A program made the translations under genes and the position numbers. From positions 215,837-279,836 of the forward strand of contig JAWKQX010000006.1 of the NCBI GenBank assembly GCA_041389925.1: DNA of 64,000 bases, written 5' to 3'. Below the pieces are notes generated by a model. It was given only the letters and a program-made list of their open reading frames with translations, did no database searches and was not told where the DNA came from. Positions 1 to 10,200 of the stretch are shown here, piece by piece (within the stretch, counting starts at the first letter, position 1; the number at the start of each line of letters is the position of its first letter). The stretch is from Kofleriaceae bacterium. GTDB taxonomy: Bacteria; Myxococcota_A; Polyangia; Haliangiales; Haliangiaceae.

Positions 1-699
1 GACGACGGCGTTGCCGGTCGGCCGCCCGACGGGTGCGAACGTATGCTCGAGGTGCCACTGTTCGCAGAGGGCGCGGCAGTCGGCGCCGGTGTACTGCGGC
101 CCGTGGTCGGTGCGCAGTTCGACACCCTGGGGCACGCCGGCGGGCGATCCGAAGGACTCGACGAGCTTCGCAGTCACCGAGGCGAGCACGGCAGGCCCGT
201 GCTGGTCCTTGGTCACCGTGATGACGGCAGTCCGGTCGCCGCAGTCCATGGTCGGGACCAGCGCGACGATGCCGTCGCGGCGGGTCCACACCGTGGTGAG
301 GTCCGTCGCGAGGCGGCGATTCGACTCGGGGACGGCCACATGACCACGAGGCGTCTCGCCGGGCTCTCGGTCGCGGACGAGCACCAGGCCGTGCGCGCGC
401 ATCAGCGCGTGGACGCGCCGTCGAGACACCCGAAGCCCCTCGCGGCGCAGCGTCGCCCAGACCTTGCGAACACCCCAGGCGCGCGCGGTCTCCCTCGCGA
501 GCACCTCGCGGATGCGCTGGAGCACCACGTCGGCGCACGTATGGCTGGGCCGTGACGGCAGCCGCACCACGGGGGCTCCCTCGGTGGCCGGCGTGCGCCG
601 CTGGCGCTCGGCCTCGGCGTAGTACGCCGCGCGCGACAGATGGAACGTCTCGCACAGCAGCGCCACGCTCGCGGCCCCCGCGACGGTCTGGCGACTCAT
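1..699 (-). CDS. IS3-family transposase OrfB (DDE integrase core), C-terminus truncated by the window edge
   Basis: Minus-strand translation from the ATG at 699 (MSRQTVAGAASVALL...) contains RRRVHALMRAHGL, DHGPQYT and RPTGNAVV, which are integrase-core signatures. The ATG overlaps the orfA stop. Confidence 0.85.
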   Translation of the reverse strand, partial: MSRQTVAGAASVALLCETFHLSRAAYYAEAERQRRTPATEGAPVVRLPSRPSHTCADVVLQRIREVLARETARAWGVRKVWATLRREGLRVSRRRVHALMRAHGLVLVRDREPGETPRGHVAVPESNRRLATDLTTVWTRRDGIVALVPTMDCGDRTAVITVTKDQHGPAVLASVTAKLVESFGSPAGVPQGVELRTDHGPQYTGADCRALCEQWHLEHTFAPVGRPTGNAVV

Positions 700-1124
700 C
701 GCTTGGACCTCGCGGGCACGATAGGGCGGTTCGCACGCTCGGTCTCGAGCGCGTTCTCGAGCAGGCACTTCTGGATAGAGAGCTTGGTGACGACCTGCTC
801 GAGCTCCTGGTTCTTGCGCTCCAGCTGGAGCTCCGTCGGCGTCTTGCCGCTGCCCCGCCGCAGCGCCTCGGCGACGCCACCCAGCGCATCCTGGCGCCAA
901 CCCTCGACGGTCGAGGCGTGCACCCCGAGGCGGCGCGCTATCTGGTCGATGGTCGCCTTGCCGGCGAACAGCTCCATCACGGCGCGATGGCGCTCTTCAA
1001 CGGTACGACGACCGGGGCGAGCCCGAGCATCGGCGTCGTCACTCTCGGTGGCTTCGACTCCGGCCGAGGCCGGGGTGGCTGGTGGGGTGTCCGTCTTCTC
1101 GTTCATGCGGCGGGCTCGTCTCAA
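696..1124 (-). CDS. IS3-family transposase OrfA (HTH / leucine-zipper)
   Basis: 142-aa ORF containing RHRAVMELFAGKATIDQIARRLGVHASTVEGWRQ (HTH) and ELQLERKNQELEQVVTKL (coiled coil). It sits immediately upstream of orfB on the same strand. Confidence 0.85.
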   Translation of the reverse strand: MRRARRMNEKTDTPPATPASAGVEATESDDADARARPGRRTVEERHRAVMELFAGKATIDQIARRLGVHASTVEGWRQDALGGVAEALRRGSGKTPTELQLERKNQELEQVVTKLSIQKCLLENALETERANRPIVPARSKR

Positions 1125-1295
1125 GCGACCTTGTCCATTACCCGAATCACGGGGGATTTCCAGTTCCCGGCGGTGTCAACCTCGGGATGGGGAACACCGT
1201 ACTGGCCGTCGAGGAGCGGCCTTAGCCTGGGATCTCGATCGCCGGGCGCTTCGAGCGCCGTTGGCTCCATGGTAGTCTTCGGCGATGGGGACGCC

Positions 1296-2948
1296 ATGAC
1301 CAACGCAGCGAAGCCTTCGCTCGTTCGGCCACTCACGCGAGGGCCGATGGCGACGACGGTCACCGTGCGGGAGCTCATCGCGAAGGTCTCGGCAGGGGCC
1401 GTGCGGATCCCCCGCTTTCAGCGGCCGCTACGCTGGCGCGATGTAGACGTCGTGAAGCTCCTGGACAGCATCTCGAAGGGGTATCCCGTCGGCTCGCTCC
1501 TCTTCTGGAAGCGCGAGGCGCCCGCCGAGCCGCTCCAGGTGGGCGGGGCCACGATTTCGACCGAGCACACCGAAGACGCCTGGTGGGTCGTGGACGGGCA
1601 GCAGCGGACGACCGCGCTCGCCGCGTCCCTCCTTGATCTTGACCACGGCGGTGACGTTCGCTGGGTCGTGTCCTTTGACCCGGCGACGAACAGCTTTCGC
1701 AGCGGTCCGCCAAACCCGGAGGAGGAAGGGCGCGTGGTTCCCGTCTCGGTGCTGGGTGACCTGCGCCGCCTCGGACGGTGGATTCGCGACAGCCCGCTGG
1801 ACGAGGCGTCGACCGATCTCCTCGAGCAGGTGCAGCAGCGCCTGCTGGACTACGCGATCCCGGCGTACGTCGTGGACACGGAGGATGAGCAGGCGCTGCG
1901 TGCTGTGTTCGCGCGGCTCAACAGCACGGGCACACATATGCGCGAGGATGAGGTCTTCCACGCACTGTACGGTGCTCCATATCAAAGTGGTGCAGCCTCG
2001 CTCGACCTGGATGCGCTGCAGAACGCTTGCGACGTAGACGGGTTCGGCAAACCGCTGCGGGAAGATGTCTTGCGGGCGGTCCTCGCGATGGCGGGCCATG
2101 AGCCTTTTGCTCGGACCGACGTTAGCGAGCTTGACTCGGCGGAGCTACCGTCGCGCGGTGACGCCGAGCGGGTGCTCACCAATGTTCGCGAGTTTCTCTT
2201 CTCACAATGCGGAGTGCCGACCTACTCGTTGCTCCCGTACCCGGTGGCGTTCGTGATCCTCGTGAAGTGGTTCTACCTTCATCCCGACAGCGACCAACCC
2301 ACACGTCAGCAGCTCGCGCGTTGGTTCTGGCGTGAAGCCGCGGCGGGAGTTCACCAGGGCGCTGACGCAGTTCGTGTAGTTCGCATGCGGTTGCAGAGCA
2401 AAAAAATTACGTCGGATCTGCAAGGCTCGCTTGCTCGCCTGCTCGCACAGGCGCCGAGCGACGCGTTCACGGCCTCCCGGGGGTGGAGCTTGCAACGCTT
2501 CGGCTCGCGTAGCGCGCGGAGCCGCCTTGAGACCTTGGCGCTCTTGTCGCGCAGGCCTCGAGACAAGTTTGGAGAGGTGTCGATCGCAGAAGTCGAGGGG
2601 CGGCTGGCGCGAGAGATCTTCTCCTCAAACACCTGGGACGCGTTGGACCGTCCGGACCGCGGGCTGGCGACGACCGCAGCGAACCGGGCAATCCTGGATG
2701 CTAGGGATGTCGATCTCGACGCCCACCTCCGTGAATGGGATGCTGTGAAGGACGCAGAACGGCTACGCACTCACCTGATCGATGAGACATCGTTTCGCCT
2801 GCTGCTCAAGGGCGAGGTCGGCGCGTTTCTGCATCGAAGGGCGGAAGCTGTGCGCGAGTGCGTCGAGAGCTTCTTGCGGGATCGTTGTGCGTGGGAAGAG
2901 CCGCTGTTCCGCCTTCCAGACGCCTACATCGACAAGGATGACCCTTGA
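1296..2948 (+). CDS. DUF262 (ParB/Srx-like, DGQQR motif) domain protein, GmrSD/DndB-like N-terminal module with no recognizable DUF1524/HNH nuclease C-terminus
   Basis: RIPRFQRPLRW...VVDGQQRTTAL is the hallmark DUF262 motif. The ORF listed from 552 overlaps the IS, so I place the start at ATG 1296 (alternative ATG at 1347). The stop TGA overlaps the TTG start of the next gene. Confidence 0.75.
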   Translation: MTNAAKPSLVRPLTRGPMATTVTVRELIAKVSAGAVRIPRFQRPLRWRDVDVVKLLDSISKGYPVGSLLFWKREAPAEPLQVGGATISTEHTEDAWWVVDGQQRTTALAASLLDLDHGGDVRWVVSFDPATNSFRSGPPNPEEEGRVVPVSVLGDLRRLGRWIRDSPLDEASTDLLEQVQQRLLDYAIPAYVVDTEDEQALRAVFARLNSTGTHMREDEVFHALYGAPYQSGAASLDLDALQNACDVDGFGKPLREDVLRAVLAMAGHEPFARTDVSELDSAELPSRGDAERVLTNVREFLFSQCGVPTYSLLPYPVAFVILVKWFYLHPDSDQPTRQQLARWFWREAAAGVHQGADAVRVVRMRLQSKKITSDLQGSLARLLAQAPSDAFTASRGWSLQRFGSRSARSRLETLALLSRRPRDKFGEVSIAEVEGRLAREIFSSNTWDALDRPDRGLATTAANRAILDARDVDLDAHLREWDAVKDAERLRTHLIDETSFRLLLKGEVGAFLHRRAEAVRECVESFLRDRCAWEEPLFRLPDAYIDKDDP

Positions 2949-4198
2949 CCGCGACGCTCACGGCAGGGGCACAGGTCTGGATCTACGACGCGCGCGTGGG
3001 GACGTTGCAGAGAGATCCGAGCGGAGCTATCCGCTTCACGCCCGAGCGTGCGTGGCTCGAAGGTGGGCAGCATCCGCCCCTCGGCTTCGGCATGTTGGCC
3101 AAGCCCGGGGTGCGCGTTGGACGAACGGGCTTGCCGCCCTGGTTCGAGAACCTCTTGCCAGAGCAAGACGGTGCGCTTCGCCGGATGATCTGCCGCTCCC
3201 TGGGGCTCCGCACCAACGACTCGGCGGCGTTGCTGGTGGCGCTGGGAGACGACCTTCCCGGCGCGGTGCGAGTCGTCGGAGACGGCTTCGAGGATCCAGG
3301 TGGTGTACCAGCTGAGCTGGAAGGAGAAGCGGAGGTGCCGTCGTCTGCGCTGAAGATCTCCCTGGCAGGCCTTCAGCTCAAGCTGTCCATGTCCCTGGAA
3401 GGGGACCGGCTGGTCCTGCCCGTGAGCGGCGGCGTCGGCCGATGGATCGTGAAGATCCCAGGTGCGCAGTTTCCGGAGCTCCCGGAGATTGAGGCCGCGA
3501 CGATGAGCTGGGCCCGAGCGATGGGCCTCTCGGTCCCGCGGATCCTCGTCGTTCGCACGGAGGAGGTCCAAGGCGTGAGCGCTCGGATCATGGAGCACTC
3601 CCCCACGGTGTTCGCCATCGAGCGCTTCGACCGACTCGATGATGGCCGGGTGCACCAGGAAGACCTCGCGCAGTCCTTCGAGTTGCCCCCTACGTGCAAG
3701 TATGGAGATTGCTCCGAGCTGAGGAGTCGCGGGAAGATCCGCTACTCTGGTGTCGCGAAGCTGATCGGCGATCTCTGCGGCGACACGGGGCGTGACGATT
3801 TCCTGGATCGCCTGGCGTTCGTCATCGCCTCCGGGAACGGAGACGCCCACCTGAAGAACTGGTCCTTGCAGTGGTCGCATGAACATCGACCCCGGCTCTC
3901 CCCTTGCTATGACATGGTCGCGACGGTGTCCTGGCCCGAGCACGATCGTTCGCTCGCGCTGGAGCTGGTTCGTGGCGTAAGCGCGTTTGCGTCGATCGAT
4001 CGCACGGCGCTGAGGCGCTTCGTCGAGGCTGCCAACATCGAGCACGGCGAGGAGCGCGTCATCACCGCGCTGCAGCGCGCGCGGTCAAGCTGGAGCCAAG
4101 TTGCCCAGGATGCGCCGGAGCGCATGCGCGCCGCCTTGACAGCTCACTGGCAGGACGTTCCGCTGCTTCGCGAGCTCGGCGGCCTCGTCGACGAGTGA
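2945..4198 (+). CDS. HipA-like serine/threonine kinase toxin family protein
   Basis: HipA N-terminal pattern (VWIYDARVGTLQ...FTPERAWL), the GLQLKLSM loop, catalytic HQEDLAQ and GNGDAHLKNWSL (DxHxKN) motifs. The TTG start overlaps the upstream stop (TTGA), so the two genes are translationally coupled. Confidence 0.85.
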   Translation: MTATLTAGAQVWIYDARVGTLQRDPSGAIRFTPERAWLEGGQHPPLGFGMLAKPGVRVGRTGLPPWFENLLPEQDGALRRMICRSLGLRTNDSAALLVALGDDLPGAVRVVGDGFEDPGGVPAELEGEAEVPSSALKISLAGLQLKLSMSLEGDRLVLPVSGGVGRWIVKIPGAQFPELPEIEAATMSWARAMGLSVPRILVVRTEEVQGVSARIMEHSPTVFAIERFDRLDDGRVHQEDLAQSFELPPTCKYGDCSELRSRGKIRYSGVAKLIGDLCGDTGRDDFLDRLAFVIASGNGDAHLKNWSLQWSHEHRPRLSPCYDMVATVSWPEHDRSLALELVRGVSAFASIDRTALRRFVEAANIEHGEERVITALQRARSSWSQVAQDAPERMRAALTAHWQDVPLLRELGGLVDE

Positions 4199-4271
4199 GC
4201 TCGCGCAGCCGCGCAAGCGCAGAGGGCTTCCAGGGGCCGCCCCTGAGCCGAGCCCAACCCTCGCGCACGTG

Positions 4272-5582
4272 TCAGTACCGCAGCGCGCCCGCGAACAGCT
4301 CGCGCATCTGCGCGGCGTCCACGGCGCGCGGCGCGTTGTCGAGCAGGCGCCGCTGCAGCATCGCTCGCTCGACGAGCGGATCGAGATCCTCGGCGCCATA
4401 GCCCACGCCGACCAGGCCCTCGGGCATCGCCGTCTGCCGCATCAGGCCGAGCAGGTGGCTGGCGAGCACCTCTCCGGCGTCGGCGTTCGCGGCGCCGCGG
4501 ACCTCCGCGCCCAGCGCGCGCGCCGCCTCCAGGTGTCGCTCCGGGCACGCCTCGGCGGTGAAGCGCAGGACGCTCGGCGCGTTCAGGATGACGCTCATGC
4601 CGTGCGGCACCATCGGCGCGCCCTGCGGGTAGCCCGCCGGGTGAAAGTCTCGCACCAGCCCGGCGACCGCGTAGCTCATGCCGTGCGGCAAGTGCACGCC
4701 CGCGTTGCCAAACGCGATGCCGGCGAGCGTCGCCGCCCACGCCAGCTCGCCGCGCGCCTCGTCGTCGCTGGCGTCGCGCACCGCGCGCACCAGCGAGCGC
4801 CCCGCCAGCCGCAGCGCCTCCAGGCTGCCCAGATCGCTCCACGGGTTTCGCCCCTGGCTCATCGGCCGCGCCGTCGCCGGCGCGCTGCGCGGTCGCGCGC
4901 CGAGTGGCCGCGCCGTGTACGATTCGATCGCGTGCGACAGCACATCGAAGCCCGCCGCCGCGACCACCTCCGCCGGCAACGTGCGCGTCGCCTCCGGATC
5001 GATGACCGCCAGCGACGGCCGCAGCCGCCGCGACGCGATCCCCGTCTTCGCCGCCTGCGCAAGCAGGTCGAACACCGCGATGCCCGTGCACTCGGCGCCC
5101 GTGCCCGCCGTCGTCGGACACGCCACATGCGGCGGCAGCGGCCCCGGCACCGGCTGCCCGCCGCCGATGGGCGCGTTGACGTAGGTGAGGAACTCCGCCG
5201 GGTACGTCGCGTACAGCGCCGCCGCTTTTGCCGTGTCGATCACCGAGCCGCCGCCGACCGAGACGAACCCTTCGAAGCGCCCTTCCTTGGCGAAGCGCGC
5301 CGCCGCCTGAAACGATCGATCCGTCGGCTCGACCTCGACCTCGTCATACACCACGACGTCCAGCCCCGCGCGCCCCAGCGCCGCGTGCGCCGTGGCGAAG
5401 CACGGCAGCTTCGCCACGCGCTCGTCGGTGAACAGCGCGATCCTCCGCGCTCCCTGCGCGCCCACGTGGTCCCCCAGCTCCTCCAGCGCCCCGCGCCCGA
5501 ACACGATCGCGCTCGCATCGATGGAGAACACCCGCTCGGCGCCCACCTGCACCGCGAGCTCATGTCGACAGCCAGCCGGCAT
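4272..5582 (-). CDS. iron-containing alcohol dehydrogenase family protein (hydroxyacid-oxoacid transhydrogenase-like)
   Basis: [14 protein letters not shown] dinucleotide-binding motif, Fe-ADH His-rich motifs (HAIESY, HLPHGMS), 436 aa. Confidence 0.85.
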   Translation of the reverse strand: MPAGCRHELAVQVGAERVFSIDASAIVFGRGALEELGDHVGAQGARRIALFTDERVAKLPCFATAHAALGRAGLDVVVYDEVEVEPTDRSFQAAARFAKEGRFEGFVSVGGGSVIDTAKAAALYATYPAEFLTYVNAPIGGGQPVPGPLPPHVACPTTAGTGAECTGIAVFDLLAQAAKTGIASRRLRPSLAVIDPEATRTLPAEVVAAAGFDVLSHAIESYTARPLGARPRSAPATARPMSQGRNPWSDLGSLEALRLAGRSLVRAVRDASDDEARGELAWAATLAGIAFGNAGVHLPHGMSYAVAGLVRDFHPAGYPQGAPMVPHGMSVILNAPSVLRFTAEACPERHLEAARALGAEVRGAANADAGEVLASHLLGLMRQTAMPEGLVGVGYGAEDLDPLVERAMLQRRLLDNAPRAVDAAQMRELFAGALRY

Positions 5583-5679
5583 GCGTCGACGCTAGCACGC
5601 CGCGTGGGAGGGGAGGGAAGGGGCGCAGGAGGAGAGCGGGAGAGAGCGTGCGAGAGATCGAATCCGCCCAGCGTGTGGC

Positions 5680-5943
5680 CTAGCTGTTGCCTAAACATGA
5701 TCGCGTTGGTTGATGGACTGGGTTGACAGGTGATCGCGGCAGGATCATCGTGGACCGATCTCTCCTGCGATGGAGGAGGTCATGCGCCCACCACTTCAGT
5801 CGCCTGACCGACAGCCCCTCCTGCGCGCAGAACTCCGACGCTGGTTTCCGACTTGCTCTCCACTGCGCTACTCGCTGTATCAAGACCGCTCGCTTCTCTG
5901 CCCTCGCGGGATCTTTGGTAGGTCGATCCGTCTGTTCAAGCAC
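5680..5943 (-). pseudogene. possible transposase N-terminal HTH remnant (IS accessory-protein-like)
   Basis: 87-aa ORF with RAEKRAVLIQRVAQWRASRKPASEFCAQEGLSVRRLKWWAHDL, which resembles a transposase HTH. It sits isolated in a 430-bp gap next to the degenerate methyltransferase. Confidence 0.3.
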
Positions 5944-6010
5944 GGGTCAACGCAGCGGTTACGCTCACCCCGCAGGCGCAAGAATGCTAGAGCCGCGACG
6001 CCCGGTCTTG

Positions 6011-7093
6011 TCACGCGCCCGACGGTGCCAGCACAGCTCTATTCCCTAGCCCGGTTCCTGGATGTGCGCTGCGCGCGCCGATGATGGGCCGGAACTTCGC
6101 TGGGACCTTCGTCGTTGGCTCGGCAGGCGAGCAGGGGGAGCGATCAGGTGGGAGCAGCTTGGGGGTGCTTCGCTGTTTTCGTTTCCCGAAGAACTGCGTG
6201 GCGATCTCTCTCGCGAACACTTCCGCGAGCAGGGAGGGCACCGCGTTCCCGATCTGGCGCTGCACTTCGGTTCGACTGCCCCTGACCTGAATGTCATCCG
6301 GAAACGTCTGGATGCGGGCGAGTTCTCTCATCGACAGTCGCCGGTTCTGCCAGTGAAACGGCCCTACTGCTGGACCGGGTTGCGCCTGAACCGTCCAGGA
6401 CGGCAAGTGCTTTGCGAGCTTGAGCAAGAACGACCAGTAGCGGCGGCGCCAACCAAACAGTTCTTCCCCTCCCATGCGACTGGTGTGCCACGGGTAGTTG
6501 TGGCCCTCCGGGATCGATGGAAGTAAATCCGCCCACCGACCAGTGAGGGCGACTGGTTCGCCTGGCTCTGGCCCCACGTCTGCGAGCGCGTCCCACGCCG
6601 TGCGATAGAGGGAGAGCTGCGACGAAAACAGATCAGTCGGCGATTTCGTAGGATCCGCGTGAGTTGGTCCTGGAAACCTGAACTCTGAACCGTCGCGAGA
6701 CGCGACCATGACCAGTTGACATGGTGGCCCCCCAATCAGTACGGCGGCCTCTCCCTTCTTCAAGTTGACGCCCTCGAGGATCTCACCGCTGGGCACTTTC
6801 AAGATGTCCCTCTCGATCACGGGCCAGCCCCTCCCGTTGTTGCGCAGCGTCTCCTGGAGCAGTCGGGAGAGAACACGTGGAAGATGCCCGCATGAGATTC
6901 TTCGTGGGACGTGTCGACGCGCACGCGCGTCCTTCCGGTGTGGGCGATGTAGCCGATCGGCTACAAACGCCGCGAAAGGTGACCGTCGCTTCCTGCGCGC
7001 CAGGATTTCCGCTACGTTCGCCCCGTGAGAGCGCGGTGGCGCGGTGGAAGCAGCGAACGTCGAGACCTCGAAGCGGCGGATGAGGTGTGGCAT
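6011..7093 (-). pseudogene. C5-cytosine DNA methyltransferase-like gene, degenerate (motif I SAM-binding region absent)
   Basis: C-terminal 360 aa of the long minus ORF carries GGPPCQ (motif IV) and RELARIQTFPDD...QIGNAVP (motifs IX/X). No FxGxGG motif I is present, and the upstream part of the ORF is a low-complexity shadow. Confidence 0.5.
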
Positions 7094-7246
7094 GACGAGG
7101 CGCGACGCTTGGCAGTCACGAAGGTGTCCGCCACCGATGATGCGCTGTTGGCGCAACTGCTTGAGGGAGGCAAGGCTGCTGCGCTGGCCCCGGGCAAGCT
7201 GACGCTCGTAGAGGCCGAGCTGCTGCGAGCCAGTCGGACGCCGCAG

Positions 7247-10200
7247 ATGAGCCCGGACACCGCGCTCGAGTATGCGCGGTGGATCCTGCGCGCGGAACGC
7301 GAGGGGCCCGCGGCGCCCTCCGCGCCAACAGCCCTCCGCGCCGACGCGCGCCCGGCGCGCGACGTGCCTGCGCCTGGGGCACCCGCGGCGAGGGAGCCCG
7401 CGCGGCTGCGCGTTGTCGATGACCTTGCATGGAGCGGCGCTCTGGCACGCCGAAGCGGAGCGCACGACGCGCGCGCGCCCGCAGCGGACGCGCGCACCTG
7501 GCCTCGCCGCGGCCGCGCTGACTCCGCGGCCGCTCGCTGGGCCCCGCCGAGCAAGGTCGCGGCGAGGCCAACGCCGGGGGGCCTCGTCGATCCAGAGCAG
7601 GATCGCGGCGAGCACGCGCTGGAGCGCGCTCTCACCCTCGTGCGCGCCGACGGTGAGGGCGCGCCGCTCGCTTCGTCCGTGAGGTTGTCCCTCGACGCCG
7701 AACTGGGCGAGGTGTCTGCGCGCGCCCGTGTCCACACCAGCTCGCTCGCCGCCGAGGCCGCGCAGCTGCTTGGCGCCCAGGCGTTCACCGTTGGTCGCGA
7801 CATCTATTTCGCGGACGGACAGTATGCGCCGGACACCGCTGCGGGCGTTCGGTTGCTTCGGCATGAGCTCACCCACGTCGCCCAGCACGAGCGTGGCGAG
7901 CTCGCCGCGCACGGGGACGCCAAGGTGCTCGCGCCGTCCAGCGCGCAGGAGGCCGAGGCTCACGCCGCCGAGCACCGCGCTCCCGGCGTCGGCGCCTCCA
8001 CGGCCATCGCCTCCCCCGCAGGAGCCAAGAACGCTCCGTTCCTGGCGCGGCCCACAGACGACCTCTTCTCCGCCGATGGGCGCACCAGCGCGATCACCAG
8101 CACCGCGATCGCTCGCAAGCCCGGGGACGCGCCTACCGCCATCCCTGCCGGCGGTGTCAACATCAACAAGGTCGGCGTGGTAGCTTGGGACGGCGCGCCA
8201 GCGCTGCGCCTGCGGTCGGCGCGCAGCACCGGCAGCAAGATCCTCGCCGAGCTGCTCTTCAACAGCCGCTTGCAGGTCATCAAGGAGTTCCCCGGCCAGT
8301 GGTACTTTGTCTCGACGCAGTCGGGGCTCCTGGGCTACGTCTTCAAGGCGCACGTCAAGACCAACCTGCCCGAGCCCGGTGCCAAGCTGCACAAGGTCAA
8401 GGCTGGCCGGTCCGGCTTCGCGATCGCCATCGCCGAGCAGCACTATCGCGCGCACGCCGACGACTGGGGGCAAGATCTGCGCTTCTACGTCAATGTGCTC
8501 GCCTGGGTGAACAAGCGCCCCGTGCCGGACTCGACGGCTGGATGGAAGCGCCTCCAGTTCCGCGCGGGCGAGCTGATCTGGATCCCGACGCCGTCCTTCG
8601 CGCGCAGCCTGCGCGGCGTCGTCAACTCGGGCTCGGTGTCGTACAACGCGCTCGACGCGGTCGGCCTCGCCGGCTTCCTCGAGCGGACCGGCGAGCTCTG
8701 GGACGACGTGCGCGCGGCGATCTCGCTCTCGACCAAGTATCTACCCGCCGCCATCCGCGCCCACGTCGAAGAGTCGCTCTGGTCGATCCTGGAGGCGATG
8801 GCCTTGCTGCTCGTCGGCGCCGCAGCGGTGCTGGCGATCTCTACGGCGATCGGCGCCGCGCTCGGCGCGCTGGCCGGCGGCGCGGGCGCTGCGCCGGGCG
8901 CGGCCGCCGGCTTCGAGGTCGGCCTGGTGCTGCTCAACTGGCTCGGCCTCGGCTTCCTCATCGTCTGGCTCGGGCAGTCGTTGGTCAAGGTGGGCGGCGC
9001 CTTCGGCACGTTCCTCGGCCAGATCTGGGGTGCTCGTGGTGACGCCGCCAAGGTTGACCTGGCCGCCCGCCAGTTCGCCGAGGCGATCGGAACGCTGTGC
9101 GGCGTGCTCATCGAGGCGCTGGTGATGTGGGCCGCCTCCATCGGCGTGGGCCGCGCCATGGGCGTCCTCCGCGGCACGCGCTTCGGCAAGGGGTTCCAGA
9201 GCACGGCCGCCGGCGAGTGGCTGACGCGTCGGGTCGACGCGGTCAAGAGCGGAGACGCCGCGCTGCCCACGCCGAAGGAGGCGTGGAACAAGTTCTCCTG
9301 GAATCGCACCCCGACCGCGAAGCGCCTGCTCGAGCTCTTCGGGGCGACGGCGAGCGAGCACTTCCGCCCGATCGAGCCGAACAAGGTGAGCGTCCATGGT
9401 GAGCTCAAGATCTCGGCGCGCGCGCTGGACGCGCTGTCCGACGCAGATCTGGTGAAGCTCGTCGAGCTCTGCAAGAACAAGGGGCCCGCGGAGGCCTATG
9501 CCTACTTCGAGTCCTCCAGCACCAACGGCGGCAAGCCCGGCGCTCGCCTGCGCTTCGAGTCGCGCCTGCAGGAACGCGCGCAGCAGGTGGTGGACGGGAT
9601 CCGTGAGAGCCTGGGCATCAAGCCTGGCGACGCCCGCGCCAAGCTGCTGGAGAACCTGAGCGAAGGTGACAAGCTCCGCCTCTGGGATCTGTTCAACGAG
9701 CAAGCGTTCAAGAACGCCCAGCTCCGCAAGCAAGCCGCCGAGTGGGCCCTTGGCAAGAAGCCCAAGACCGTGCGAGAGCTGGTAGCGCAGATGCAGTTCT
9801 TCGAGGCCGAGGTGAGCAGGCAGGGAGAGTTGCTCACCGAGCGCGTGAGAGAAGAAAATGCGCGACTCCTACGAGACGCAGCGGACGCCAAGGGCGGTGA
9901 TCTGAGCCCTGTGGAGCAGCGAAACATTACGCGTGAAGTGACGGAGAGGATCCTGGGCAAGGCGCTCGATGCCATTGGTACGGCTGCGGAGAAGGCGGCC
10001 CGAACAAAAGCGCTAGGCGATCTCAACCAGAGTTCTACGGCGTCGGTGGATGCGGCCTGGAGGAGCAACCTCACGGCACAGACTGGCGCCAACGCGCCGC
10101 GGCCGATTCGCCTCGGGGCTCATGATGATGCAACGCTTCCGGCAAAGGTTCAGGAGGCTGGCGATCGCCTCACGTTTGGTAGCGATGCCGATGGCGCGTA

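Larger units (their letters stand above)
1..1250 (-). mobile_element. IS3-family insertion sequence, partial (orfA plus orfB; 3' end of the element lies beyond the window start). The 1250 boundary is a guess; no terminal inverted repeat was identified
   Basis: orfA (HTH/leucine-zipper) and orfB (DDE integrase) overlap in the ATGA arrangement typical of IS3. The element lies immediately upstream of the DUF262 gene. Confidence 0.8.

Noticed and set aside
552-1295. N-terminal 250 aa of annotated ORF 552-2948
   Set aside because: This extension overlaps the IS3 orfA/orfB on the opposite strand and is R/A-rich junk. The DUF262 homology begins at about 1347, so the start is placed at 1296 or 1347.
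4144-5726. Long ORFs on both strands overlapping the alcohol dehydrogenase gene (4144-5121 minus, 4269-5726 plus, 4859-5128 minus)
   Set aside because: These are Arg/Ala/Gly-rich low-complexity translations typical of alternative frames in 70% GC DNA. The ADH frame has clear conserved motifs.
7094-8473. Upstream 460 aa of the 820-aa minus ORF 6011-8473
   Set aside because: Low-complexity R/G/A translation antisense to the DUF4157 toxin gene. Only the C-terminal 360 aa show methyltransferase motifs.
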